Below are positions 1 to 12,440 of a stretch of DNA of 64,000 nt, piece by piece (the first letter of the stretch is position 1; every line of letters starts with the position of its first letter). The notes beneath the pieces are model-generated. The model ran no database searches. It saw only the letters and a list, made by a program, of their open reading frames with translations, and was not told the origin of the DNA. Made by a program: the position numbers and the translations under genes. Source of the DNA: Octopus sinensis (Eukaryota); contig NC_043002.1 of assembly GCF_006345805.1 (NCBI RefSeq), forward strand, positions 56,482,001 through 56,546,000. Reading direction: 5' to 3'.

Positions 1-83
1 CAATGTGTTGGGGAGTAAGACAAACTGGCAGAATCTCCCTAGATTATTGATTGTGGTTGGATATTAAAGGTCAGATAATAATA

Positions 84-368
84 GTGTGTGGCTTAGCAGT
101 TAAGAGTTTTGGCTCACAGTCATAAGGTCTTCAGTTCAATTCCCAGTGGCACACATTGTGTCCTTGAGCAAAACACTTTATTTCACATTGCTCCAGTCCA
201 CTCAGCTGGTAAAAATGAATTGTACCTGTGCCTAAATCTCCTTGGGAACTATGTTAAGGGCACGTCTGTCCATAGAATACTCAACTACTTGTATGTTAAT
301 TTCATGAGTGGGTGGTTCTATTCATTGAATCAACTGGAACCTCCATCTTTGTAATCAATGAAGCGCCA
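84..368 (+). mobile_element. tRNA-derived SINE, family C (core TGTGTCCTTGAGCAA...CAGTCCACTCAGCT)
   Basis: Degenerate A-box (tggcttagcagtt) and B-box (agttcaattcc) head. The body recurs at 1385-1508 (tail only), 46490-46750 (minus) and 52880-53000 (head and core). Confidence 0.65.
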
Positions 369-576
369 GTTTAAAAGGACATAAGACTAATGATACAATG
401 ATTCAACAAGGAATCAAATGGATATCGCACATGATTCTCCAAGAGTCTACAACCAATCAACAAAGGCTGAATGATAATCCATACTTCATCATGTGAGAGG
501 GCCATTTATTTTGGATTGGCAAATAAATTTGTTTGTTTCTTCCCAATGTTTTACTTTTTTTGTGCTTTTGCTTCTT

Positions 577-766
577 ACTTGACTGGGGCCATGCAAGGGA
601 CCGTTACCCTCAAGGGATTAGTCAAATATGAAGCCTGGTACTTACTCTATTGAACTTTTAAGTTATAGGAACATAAACACACCAACACCGGTTGTCGAGC
701 AGTGGGGTGAGGTGGAGGTGACAAAAACAGATAAAAAGACACATACACACACACAGACACACACAG

Positions 767-797
<31 letters not shown>

Positions 798-980
798 TAC
801 ACTTTCAAACACATACATGATGGGCTTCTTTCAGTTTCCATCTACTAAATTCACTCACAAGGCTTTGGGCAGCCTGAGGCTATAGTGGAAGGCACTTGCT
901 CAACGTGTGAGGTAGTGGGATTGAACCTGGAACCACGTGGTCGGGAAGCAAGTTTCTTACCACACAGCCACGCTTATGCC
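577..980 (-). mobile_element. tRNA-derived SINE, family A (CORE-like, central CA/TA microsatellite)
   Basis: Reverse complement of the head GGCTGTGTGGTAAG...GGTTCAATCCC and the CCTTGGGCAAGT-like core. About 20 related copies in the window. Confidence 0.8.
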
Positions 981-1194
981 TATGAAAAAAAAAATGAATG
1001 AATTCATCAGATAATTCATTAGATAAGGGATTCTACTTCAGATAAGAGGCTCCAAATTTAGAGGAGAGGTTCAAAATATTGACAAGGGGATGTCATGAAA
1101 GCCTGCAGAATAAAATGTCATTCTGTAGAGAAAAGTTTGTAAGAGTTCATTCAATATCAGACAATTTAGAAATTTCATGAGATTCTACAAATAT

Positions 1195-1385
1195 GTATGT
1201 GTATGTATGTATGTATGTGTGTGTGATTGCATGAATGTATGTGTGTATGTGTGGTTGTATGTATGTGTATGTATGTATGCTTGTATGTATGTGTGTGCAT
1301 CTATGTATGTTTGTATGTATGGGTGTATATATGTATGTATGTATGTATGTATACATGCATTTATGTACGTATGTAGCTATGTGCA
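1195..1385. repeat. Compound (TGTA)n/(TG)n microsatellite
   Basis: Directly visible; explains the low-complexity ORFs at 1147-1464. Confidence 0.95.
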
Positions 1386-1514
1386 TGTGTATGTTAAGGG
1401 TACACGTGTCTGTGGAGTGCTCAGCCACTTGCATGTTAATTTCATGAGCAAGCTGTTCCATTGATCATATCAGCTAGGACCCTCGTCATCATAACCGATG
1501 AAGTGCCACAATGA

Positions 1515-1557
<43 letters not shown>

Positions 1558-1705
1558 ATAATATTATAATTAAAGAGAGAAATATACTATGATGAAATTT
1601 ATTTTAGCATTGGGTAAATTGTTTTGTCGCATAATAAAGGTGTATAAATAATTTATTTGATCATATATGATAATAATCAATAGATTACTTATATGTCTGT
1701 ATTAA

Positions 1706-2565
1706 TATACTGGGTGCAATGGGCAAATTGTTGCCATTTTATATTTTTAATTTCACACATGTGCATTGTTTGTTTTTGATTTTGTTGACTACACAGTATA
1801 GTCGGGGCAGTTGGGCACCATGATGCAATTCACTCTGACAGAAATTTGGAAACAACATGCTGTGCTGCTTGGCATTTGTGCTGGAAGCTCCAATATGAAC
1901 AGATGGTGAACATACTGAACAACCATTGGCTTGCTGTGTCCCCAAAACACGTACTGAGAGTAATAAAAATCAAACCTCCAGTCAACATCATGGTGTTTAG
2001 AGTGAACACTAGTGATGGTGACGTTATGCTTCCATTCATCTTCCCACATGGCCTCAGATTCAACACAGAGGCCTACATTAAATGCCTGGAGGAGGTAGTG
2101 CTGCCCTGGGTCAAGGGGATGTCTACTGGAAGACCCTATGTCTGGCAACAGGACTCTGCACCATGCCACACAAGCAGGAGAACCCAGTCATGGCTGTCAG
2201 ACAATTTCTGTGCCTACATTACACCTAACTGCCTTGACTACAACCCCCTTGATTATTATGCATGGGGCGCTGTTGAGTGAGAGACCAACAAAACTCCTTG
2301 TAACAACACAGATGAACCGAAGGCAAGGATTATGGCAGCATTCACCAACTTAAACAAGGAGACCATCCAGAAGAGTTGCAGGAGATTCTGCAGACGTCTG
2401 GAGGCTGTGGTTGAAGCCAATGGTGATTTTATTGAATAAAATTACTCTTTTGTATTTCAAGATATTTTTATGTAGTTTTGGTAAATATATCTGTTAAAAT
2501 GAGATGTCAGTGTTATTTTCATTTTGCATAATTTAGATGACAATTCATTCACCGCATCCTGTATA
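1706..2565 (+). mobile_element. Internally deleted Tc1/mariner transposon (DD37D/maT-like)
   Basis: ORF 1846-2280 encodes VMVF..GDVMLPFIF...WQQDSAPCHTSRRTQSWL...NPLDYYAWGAVE. Imperfect TIRs tatactgggtgc.. and ..gcatcctgtata with TA ends. Confidence 0.85.
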
Positions 2566-2772
2566 TGCAATTTAAAAATTAATGCAGATATTAAGCTTGC
2601 TTGTCATGTTTAAAATGATATTTCAACATAATGTCTTGTGAAACAATTGTTGTTAAATACAAATATCCAATGGTAAAAAATTTTTCTCTTTATTTATAAA
2701 TTGACACACTCCTTATATTTTACTTAAGTAATATCTGACCCATTTAAGAGTACCCTTGATGCGTCAAGCGAT

Positions 2773-3246
2773 ATGTTATGCTTGAGAAGACCTGTTGAAT
2801 TAAGTAAAACCAAAATCGTAGCCATGGTCAGTGCCCCCTGACTAGCTCCCATTCCAGTGGCACATAAAATGTGTCATCCAAACATGGCTACCCTGCTGGT
2901 GGCATGTAAAAAGCACCATCTGAACATGGTCAATGCCAGGTCCGTCCGACTGGCACATGAAAAACATCATCTGAATGTGGCCGATACCAGTACCCACTGA
3001 CTGGCTCCCAAGCTGGTGGCACATAAAAAGCACTATTTGAACGTGATTGATGCCAGGCCTGCCTGACTGGCTCCTGTGTTGATAGCATGTAAAAAACACC
3101 CACCACACTCTTGGAGTGGTTGGTGTTAGAAAGGGCATCCAGCTATAAAAACATTGCCAGATCAAGTTGGAGCCTGGTGCAGCTGCTGGCTCTCCAGACC
3201 TCAATCAAATTGTCCAACCCAAGCCAGCATGGAAAACAGACGTTAA

Positions 3247-3278
<32 letters not shown>
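2773..3278 (+). mobile_element. RTE LINE 3' tail (5'-truncated) with tandem hairpin units and (GAT)n end
   Basis: Ends with ccaacccaagccagcatggaaaacagacgttaaat(gat)n, the same tail as the RT-bearing copies at 34047 and 56652. Confidence 0.85.
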
Positions 3279-3279
<1 letters not shown>

Positions 3280-3519
3280 GTACTATATATACTGTGTGTT
3301 TTGTAGAATGATCAGTTAAGGAGCTTTTTTTATGAGTACCACTGGATTAGTTGTATCCATATGTTCATTTTTTTCTACTCTTGGCACGAGGCCCGAAATT
3401 TTTGGGGAGGAGCCATGGAAGTTTATACCATACTTTCACAATTCTGAGCATGGAGAAAAAAAAATGTTTCTGAAAGTCATGGGTGCGGCACTGCTTTGTA
3501 ATTTTGTAAACGTCTAAGA

Positions 3520-4130
3520 ATGATAAAGATATTGAATTCAAGACGGCGAATAAAGCTGTTGTTGGAACGTGGACGTTATCAAACTGGTTACTGGATCCTT
3601 GGCGAAGTACAAAGAAGAAGAACAAAAGCAATTTTCCAAGGAGAGATTAGAAATAAGTGAATTTAATAATTGAAGTTTAGTGTTGTTAATAGTGTGAATA
3701 TGTGCATAATGGCAGCGAGATCCCTTATCGCGAAGTAATTTCACGGGCCTTTACATTTGTCATATTTTTTTATATGGCTATCAATATCGGATTTTGGACG
3801 ATATTCTTCGGTAGAAAAAATAGAAAAGGGTGGGGGGAAATTTGCTTTACGATTATGTCCCTTGGAATGAAAGCAGGGAGTTATTTCCCCTTCGTCGATA
3901 ACGACTTCAGAGAAATTTACTTTTAACAAGGGAAAATACTTCGCAAAAATTTGTGACACGCTTATCGCGTACGAAGCAATATTGAGGTTTAACAATATGT
4001 CACACATTTTAGGAGACGGTTCACATGAATAAATCAATCCTTTGCTGGTAATTACTTTAACGATCTCGGTAGATAACTCCTGCAGAAATTGAACTCGGAA
4101 CAAAGCGTGTGATAAGATGTTGCGCACCAA
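3520..4130. promoter_or_regulatory. CpG-rich island, candidate promoter or first exon
   Basis: About 28 CpG in ~600 bp of AT-rich DNA against CpG-poor flanks. ataATGG at 3709 is followed by a possible donor aa|gtaatt at 3735. Confidence 0.4.
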
Positions 4131-4134
4131 GATA

Positions 4135-6730
4135 TTAAAATAATATATAATAATGAAATTATTGTATACAATGCTCAGGTGCACCACAACTTGTCAAAAG
4201 TGCGTATAAAGCATATGCAGTAATGTAGAAATGTTTGGAAAATGAACAGTCTATGAGTCAGATACATGCTTGCGTGTGTAAGAAGGGGAGAAAATCAGGT
4301 GTAGTGTTGGTGAATCTCAGGTAGCATGGAAGTTTTGATGGATGCAGTGCTCTGGCAACTAACAACTGATGCCAGCAGTTTGTTCCGTGTTTTAGCAACT
4401 CTTAGCATTAAAAAATTGTTTCCAAAAGTCATGGGAGCTGTGCTGCTTTCTGACTTTGTAAACATGCCCACAGGTGTTAGACAGGTGGTGTTTGAAAAGG
4501 TGCTCAGATGGTTAATAATTTTATGGGTGTCTGCCAAGTCAGCTACCAGACGTTGGAGTTTCAATGTATCAATGCCCAGGGAAGTAAGGCGTTCAGAATA
4601 TGGCAAATGCCTGATGGAGGGTATTCTCTTGGTTGCATGTCACTGCATGGTTTCCAGAGGATTAATATCCTGGGCAAGATAGTGGTTCCAGACCGGTGAG
4701 GCCACACCATAGCTATATAAAGCCTCAGATAGATAGCCGGAGAGCAGCTCACAAAGGACTTGGTTAGTGATGCCAAGATCCTCAGCAGCCTTTTTGGGAA
4801 TTTTTGCAATGTGTTTTGTCCAACGCAAATTGCTGTTGACAATAATGCCCAGGTCATGTTCACAAGAAGACTTTTTGAGATTAATGTTGTGGAGGGAGTA
4901 AGTAGAGGGATTAGTGTTGTGGAGGGAGTAAGTAGATGCTGGGTTTTTCCTCCCAAAATGCATGGTGGTACATTTGTCCACAGCCAGCTTGAGTTGCCAA
5001 TCCATGATCCACTGCTGCATTGTGTCCAGGTCTGATTGCAATAAAGATCTATAGTGTACAGGATCTGTCCTCTTTATTTTGAGGTACAGCTTGATGTCAT
5101 CTGCATATTTCATCACTGTGGCATTCTTTAAGTTGGCATCTATGTCATTAACATATGCAACAAATAAGAGGGAGCCAAGAACAGATCCCTGTGGTACACC
5201 AGATGTCATCTCATAGAGTGAAGATGCTGTCTTAGAACTGTGACAACCTCTTTTCGGCCGATAATGAAGGCCTTCAACCAGTTATAGAGATCATCTCTTA
5301 CACCCATTGCAGAGAGTTTCACCATAAGTCTTTTGTGTGGCACAGAATTAAAAGCCTTAGCAAAGTCCAGGTAAACAACATCCACCCAGGAGCTGCCATT
5401 AGTGATTCGGGTAATGTCCTCAAGAAACTCGATAAGTTGATTACAGCAGCTGGCGTTAGGAATAAATCCAAATTGTGATGGCTGGATGAGGCTGTGAGAC
5501 TTCCAGAAGTTCCAGAGGGTTTCTCTGACACAGGATTCCATCAGTTTGGTGATGCAGCTAGTAAGACTGACGGGGCAATAGTTGACAGGCAATGAGCGGT
5601 CACTTTTTTTGAACAGAGGGATAATACTGGCAGTTTTACACTGCTCTGGAGTAACACCATTGTCAAGAGAGAATTGAAAGAATAGTGAAAGTTGGTTGAG
5701 AAGAAAGTACCCACCGCATTTGAGAAGTAGGTATGTAACACCATCGAGACCAGGATATTTATTCTTAAGGTGGGATTGTAGCATTGCTGGCGTAACATTT
5801 TGATGGAACATTTTGATCTTCGATAGTAAAGATACCTGCATAGCATCCAGCAATGATTTCTGCACATTCTTTGGGATTGTCAGTAATCTGTCCTGTGTGG
5901 GGATTACGAAGGGGGCCAACTGGAGAGTGAGGTCTCTGTTTTGAATGTACATACTTCCAGAAAACTTTGCTGTCAGGGTTGGTTGCTATGTGCTGTTCAA
6001 ATTCAAGCACTGCCTTTTTTGTCACCTGCTTGAGATGGTTGGATGAGCTATTGCGCTTTTTCCTGTCGATCTCTGATTTGTGCATTTTGTATTCCTGTTC
6101 AGCATTACAGCGTTCTTTCCTGGCAAGTCGGACTGCTGCAGTCTCCCAAATTGCACTATTGGGTGTTTTTTTGTGTTTGCGTGGTACCGATGCTGCACAT
6201 GCCATCCATAATGAATTCAGAATGTTCTGTAGTATAGTGTTCACATCTCCAGAGGCATGAAATTCAAACCAGTTTGGGCGCCGCAGCTCGGTACAATAAG
6301 AGTTCCAGTCTGCTTTATTCCAGTCAAAGCAGGCAGTTTGAAGATGGTTGTGGTTTTTGTTACAACCAATCAGAGACAAGTTGGCCATGATCATTCCATG
6401 ATCAGAATCACCTAAAGGTTCTTCAGTAGTGACACTAATAATTGTTTCAGGAGAAGCGGTAAATAGCAGATCCAAAGTGTTGTTACCCCTTGGGGGAGGT
6501 AACAACTTGGAACCAGTTTGAATTCAGCACCAGTTCAAGGAAATCGTCTGCACTTTGCAGTCAACAGAAGGCCTCTCAGTCAATCTCAGGGAAATTGAAG
6601 TCTCCTGCAATATAAACATAAGTTGCTGTTTTCATGGCTGCAACTCTGAGGATATCAAAAAGTTGTGTGTCTTGACGATAATTTGGTGGGCGGTAAACAG
6701 CTCCAAGTAGAAGTGTTGACATGGTCATGT
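4135..6730 (-). mobile_element. CR1/L2-group LINE, 5'-truncated ORF2 (APE endonuclease end + RT), frameshifted
   Basis: GAVYRPP and IAGDFN near 6600-6720; NTLDLLFT..GDSDH (ORF 5765-6505); QFGF..YLDFAKAF (5206-5952); GVPQGSVLG..YADD (4640-5209); C-terminus at 4295; (ATT)-rich tail near 4140. Confidence 0.92.
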
Positions 6731-6784
6731 GTATATATTGCTAGCAGTCACTCAACCGATTCTGTCATCATCAACACCACAGAA

Positions 6785-6960
6785 TGCAGTTCATCCAACG
6801 GGCTCAAGATATCATCGATGATGTTCTTGGAAAATTAACGAGGGCCATGATATAAGAACTTCGGGTGTCTGAGTGGACTATTAGAACCATGGTGCACTCA
6901 GACATTCGATACAAGTCGTATGTAATGAGGAGAGGCCCACTCGTATCTGCAAAAACACAG
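6785..6960 (+). mobile_element. Mariner (DD37D-like) transposase N-terminal fragment
   Basis: Translates to VSEWTIRTMVHSDIRYKSYVMRRG. Confidence 0.6.
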
Positions 6961-7849
6961 AAAGGTGGTTATTTAGCATAGTTAAAAATACCTCGTCAAT
7001 TATATGCTTATACTTCCCTCTTATTATCAATATTAAACACAAACAAAATTTAAAGAACTGTTTATTGAAATAGTAACAATAAATGCTGTTATCGTTGTGT
7101 GCATGTGTGTGTGCACTTACACACACACACACATGTATTGTGTAATGAACTTATTGTCTAAATTGCTCAGATACCGTACAACTCTGTGTGATTCTTGTTT
7201 CTTGCAATACCACACATACAACAGATTGGTGACCTCACTGCGTTTTGTTTCCTCACAGCTCTTCTGAAGAATGCACTTTTGGATGAAATTTTGCAGAGTA
7301 CATTTTTGAGAGAGTAGATTACAATTATGGAGATAACTGGGGGAAAAAAATTGTGGGTTCATCTCCTAACTTCATTTCCTCATAACTCTCTTTGAAATGC
7401 AACAGAGATAGTTTTACAAGAGTGCGGATTACGTAGTGTTGATGTTCCAAACATATAAATCAGACCTCCCGCCCCGCCCAATAAGCAGGGGTGGGGTGAA
7501 GAAAAGAAAATGGAAAATGCTAATTGCCCTGAAATTTATTTTTTCATTAATTTTATCAACATAATTGTTCTCTACACCCTCGAAAACACATTGCTGCAAA
7601 ATTATATTTCAACATTTGCAGTTTTCAGAAGTAAAATCTGTGAAGTACAGTCCATGTCGGGTGTATGAAAAAACTGAAACTTACTTGTAGTCAATTCTAA
7701 TACCACATATTTAGCTTTTGTTTTCATTTTGATGGAAAAGAAACAGCAATGGCATTATCTAGAGCTTTTGTCTAAGTTCAATATTTCTGAAGTAGAAGTG
7801 ATGGAAGGTTGTATTCCTTGTGCATTTTCTCAAGTGATTCTGCATTGCA

Positions 7850-8225
7850 AATCGAGGGAATAACTTCAATTGGGCACCAAAACTATTCTTTGCCTTAGCA
7901 TCAGTACGACCCTCATCAGCTAATCACCAGTTTTCTATTCAAAGCTGAATATGGCTATGGTACAGTCACACTTCATCTTCAGTCTGGAGGCTTAATCTTC
8001 TCCAGAATATCGATCTATTGGAAGCTATCCGGAGACATGTAACCAGATGAATCAGTCACCCTGTCTTGAACATCTTGCTTCTCTGAGCTTTGACATTCTG
8101 AATTTTCCACATCTATCAGATGACATGGTAGAATTCCACAAGGTTATCCACCATCTTTCCAACAACAACAACTTTTGCCACCTTTTCCCATTCAATACCT
8201 CTGCTAATCCTAGGCATGCTTATAA
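7850..8225 (+). mobile_element. Old CR1/L2-group LINE 3' fragment
   Basis: KLNMAMVQSH..IDLLEAIRRHVTR..LSFDIL..HKVIHH..RHAYK matches the C-terminus of the 4135-6730 element. Confidence 0.7.
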
Positions 8226-8233
8226 AAAAAGTG

Positions 8234-8660
8234 GGATCTTTTCGGTTTGAATAGCAGTTTTTCTAGCAGTGTCATATGAAATTGTCACCCATAATTCTGA
8301 CCCTAGTATCGATCTATTGCATTTCAATCTGTTTTAGGGTTAGGGTTAGTTAGGGTTAGGGGTGGGGGAAAGGGTATATTTTTTTCTTCACAAATGTAAA
8401 TAAACCCAATCTGTTTCTTAAACGAGGGACATATTCATACGGCACTGAATGTTTTTTTACCTCAATGGACGTCATTGATTGGTTGAAATTGCAGAAATTG
8501 AAGAAAAAAAACAACAAATATCTTACAAAGTATAGAATTTTCTCAATAAAGCCAAGAGAAAAAGATGTTTTATAAACACATTCTACCAGTATACGAAGTT
8601 TAAAAAGTTTTAGTTACCTAGAACTTTTGTTAAAAACTGCCGTTCAAGCTGAAAAGATCC
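8234..8660. mobile_element. MITE with ~29-bp TIRs and an internal (TTAGGG)-like tract
   Basis: ggatcttttcggtttgaatagcagttttt at the left end versus aaaaactgccgttcaagctgaaaagatcc at the right end. ttagggttagggttagttagggttagggg at ~8334-8362. Confidence 0.75.
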
Positions 8661-10496
8661 AAAAAGTACAGCACGCATGACTTACCCTAAGTGCAGGAAT
8701 GAAATTTGTTTGGGGGTGGGGAGATGCAAACACAGTTTTTCAAAATGTTCAAAGCGTTTTCAATGTCCCTTCCCAATGTTAGGAGGTATGCACCCCTCTG
8801 TTCCCGAGCCTACACGAATTTTTGAAGCATTTTTCACATTCAAAATTGTCGAAGGATAGAATAAACTATCCACATCAAATTTTAGCTGTCAGATCATTAC
8901 ATCTTTCTGATATTCCATCCTTCCCTCATCACTTTTCTCTCTTTTTCTGTTTTATTCTATGTACTGTGCATGTACTTCTAGCTTTCAATATTGTCTTTCT
9001 TTACTTGACGTATATATGGCTGCTTTCTGTCTCCTCTTTTCCGATCAGTTGTAGTGTACCAGATCTTTGTACGCAATATGCTTGTTATTATCATAAAATC
9101 AAATACGTATTAACAAATGCTAGATAAAAACGATCCAAGTTACATAACCTTGAATAAAAAAGTTTCGAATTATCTCCCTTGGAACGCCTTTGCACTTATA
9201 ACTCTATTCATTTTTTTTATTGGGTTCGCCGCATTACAGTTTTAATTTAATTTTCAAAATAATCAAAATTTGTTCAGTTAGCCTTCTTTGATCACATTTG
9301 TTGAAATAAAACTGTCTTCCTTTGCTTTAATCTTCAGAATATTTTTGTAATCATACGCCGTGTCCTCCCAATTTTAATTTTCGAAATCAAAAATAAGTAC
9401 TTTTGTGAGTGTATTTTGACTAGAATATCTTCTTGCTTTGTGCTTTAATTTAAAAAAAAAACTTACAAGAATAAATTTTCAAGAATCATAATTCTTCAGG
9501 ATTTTTGACAAAAGTCAGTTATAGGAAATTTTACAACTATGGCGACAGAAAAAAAAACGATTGAAGTAAATAATGTCATTAATAATGTCATTAAAACAAA
9601 TATTAATGTGAACGCAACTGAAACAGCATTAAATTCAAAATTGCTCTTTGCACCAGTGAAAGGCATGATGCTGTGGCTTTTGTGTCTGAGAAAATCTCTT
9701 CATGGACCTGTTATAGTTTTTGAGAGAATACCTCTTCATAGGCACAGCGTGTTAAAAGCACAATGTGTATATTGGAGTGAAACAAATATTGTCTTAACAA
9801 TGACTCACCAGATGCGTTTTGGCTTACTTGGACCTTGTGAATGCCATGTTCCTGTTTGTCATTTGTTTAACAACGCTATCATGCTTTCAATGGTGTATTT
9901 ACATTTACTATGATACATTGATGGCGATGAATTTATCAATTGCGTTCACTGAGTTTATTACAGCCTGGCAAGCTTTCTGCAATATCAGTGAATATATATT
10001 ATTCATTGTTTCCTATATAACGAAGCAAACATTTCATCTAAGCAAATGATACAACATGTCTATGGAAAGTTTTCCTATCAGGGAAGTACCATTAGAATAA
10101 TGCCTTTCAATGGAAACACACAGGCGGCAATCTCAATTCCTTTAGCATTTCCTTCATATGTAGATTTCTAAAGAGTCATGAAGTATAGGATGGTGAGTCC
10201 TAATATCTTCAAAGTTATTTTTCATTCTGCTTCTTAACATGTATATCATTATTTTTGTGGTTTGTGCCAGCTACATACAACTTGTAGAGGGTGCCACAGA
10301 AAAACCTCCCATAGCCATTAATGCAACATTACTAAAGTTATATGAGTAATAATTGTATCTTCATAAAGATAATGTTTATCGTTTGACTTGATGCACACTC
10401 TGTTTTGCTATTCAAGCATTAATTAAGAATGGTGAATCTGATGTGGGGTTCTGTCTCATCCAGTTTACATCACTAATCTCAATACAGCTGTAATGG

Positions 10497-10528
<32 letters not shown>

Positions 10529-10544
10529 TTATGTTTCAAATTTT

Positions 10545-10745
10545 GGCACAAGGCCAGCAATTTCGGGTTGGGGTCAGTCAATTACATCAACTCCATTGCT
10601 CGACTGGTGTTTATTTTATTGACTCCAATGGGAGGAATGGCTAAGTTGATCTTGGCAGAATTTGAAGTCTGAACATAAAGACAGGCAAAATGCTTCTAAG
10701 CAGTTTGCCTAGCATGCTTACAATTCTGCCAACTCACCACTTTAC
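10545..10745 (-). mobile_element. tRNA-derived SINE, family B (Nin/Deu-like domain)
   Basis: Reverse complement of the family B head and 3' end; compare the intact copy at 35352. Confidence 0.7.
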
Positions 10746-10861
10746 ACACACACACACACACACATACACACACACGCACACACACACACACATACTTGGA
10801 AATGGATGCGTGGTGTTCAATCTAATAATAACATAATATATATATGCATACACACACACAC

Positions 10862-11340
10862 AGAGTAAATCCTCCCCCAAAAAGATGAACAAACACAGAA
10901 AAACAAGAACGTGAGGACGTGGTACATGTAAAGTATTAGCAGATGCTCAAGGAAGGAAAGAAAGATGGTTTAACATTTCGAGCAACACGTTTTTTCAGAA
11001 ACAGAGGAAAGTCCAATAGAAAAGGAAGACGGAGGACGAAAAATCGCCAACGATTCACATGTGGTTACATTTTGAAGAATATATTTACACACACACACAA
11101 AGTTAGTCTTACAGCTGTTTCTGGGGATTTCCCTTCATCAGAGAGAATGTGAGATGGTTACATAGAGGGAAATATTAGAGTTCAACATAAGGAGTTATTT
11201 TGGAAAAGGATGGAAATAAGGAAATAGGAGAATGAATGTAGAAATAAAAATAAAAATGTATAAAGATGTTATAGTTGCAGTTCCATTATCCAGGGAAAGT
11301 GGTGTGTAGAAGTGGTAGAAATGCTTCCTGTCTGTGCTAT
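10862..11340 (-). mobile_element. Penelope-like terminal-repeat relic
   Basis: The minus strand reads ctgaaaaaa..gctcgaaatgtt, a decayed CTGANGA..GAAACG terminus of the kind seen in PLE pLTRs. Family assignment is inferred. Confidence 0.4.
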
Positions 11341-11399
11341 GTAAATTCCAATAGGAGTCACCTGCTACCTTGGGTCTTCTGGATACCAATAACTCTCAA

Positions 11400-11688
<289 letters not shown>

Positions 11689-11690
<2 letters not shown>

Positions 11691-11869
11691 CATAGGAGTG
11701 GCTGTGTGGTAAGTAGATTGCTTATGAACCACATGGTTCCAGGTTCAGTCCCACTGTGTGGCACCTTGGGCAAGTGTCTTCTACAATAGCCTTGGGCTGA
11801 CCAAAGCCTTGTGAGTGGATTTGGTAGACAGAAACTGAAAGAAGTCTGTTGTATATATGTATATATGTG

Positions 11870-11931
<62 letters not shown>

Positions 11932-12140
11932 ATATATGTTTGTGTGTCTGTGTTTGTCCTCCCCAACATCGCTTGACAACCGATGATGGTGTGTTTATGT
12001 CCCCGTAACTTAGCGGTTCAACAAAAGGAACCGATAAAATAAGTACTAGGCTTACAAAGAATAAGTCCTGGGGTTGATTTGCTCGACTAAATGTGGTGCT
12101 CCAGCAGGCCACATTTAAATGACTGAAAAGAGTAAGAATA
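11689..12140 (+). mobile_element. SINE family A, full length
   Basis: Head ggagtggctgtgtggtaag..ggttcagtccc, core gcaccttgggcaagtg, central (TA)n, tail ..ccagcaggcc..aaatgactgaaa. Confidence 0.9.
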
Positions 12141-12224
12141 TATATATATATATAGGTGGAGATGAGTTGATTACATTGACCCTAGTGTTCAACTGGTAAT
12201 TAATTAATTTTTTTAATTATTTCT

Positions 12225-12440
12225 TTTTCACTCTAGGCACAAGGCCCGAAATTTTAGGGGGAAGGGGCCAGTTGAATAGATCAACACCAGCATTTGACTG
12301 GTACTTAATTTATTGACCCCGAAAGGATGAAAGGTAAAGTCAACCTTGGTGGAATTTGAACTCAGAACATAGTGACAAGCAAAATACTGCTAAGCATTTC
12401 ATCCAGCGTGCTAACAATTCTGCCAGGTCACTGCTTTAGG
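12225..12440 (-). mobile_element. SINE family B
   Basis: Contains gaccccgaaaggatgaaaggtaaagtcaacc..ggaatttgaactcag. Confidence 0.85.

Noticed and set aside
1147-1464. ORFs rich in Y/I/V/C/M/H/T (also 11275-12112, 17801-18407, 47249-47660, 52720-53013)
   Set aside because: They are translations of microsatellites that lack stop codons.
3741-4187. 148-aa minus-strand ORF
   Set aside because: It starts in the LINE 3' tail, has no recognisable motif, and a few ORFs of this length are expected by chance in 64 kb.
4326-6260. Plus-strand ORFs overlapping the CR1-group LINE (likewise those over the RTE copies)
   Set aside because: Antisense shadows of retroelement coding sequence.
8334-8362. TTAGGG repeats as a telomere or fusion scar
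   Set aside because: Only about four degenerate units, and they lie inside a TIR element.
9539-10450. 124-aa ORF and scattered minus-strand peptides with splice-like signals
   Set aside because: All three frames of the best exon candidate (9828-9976) are closed and no family is recognisable; probably old transposon debris.
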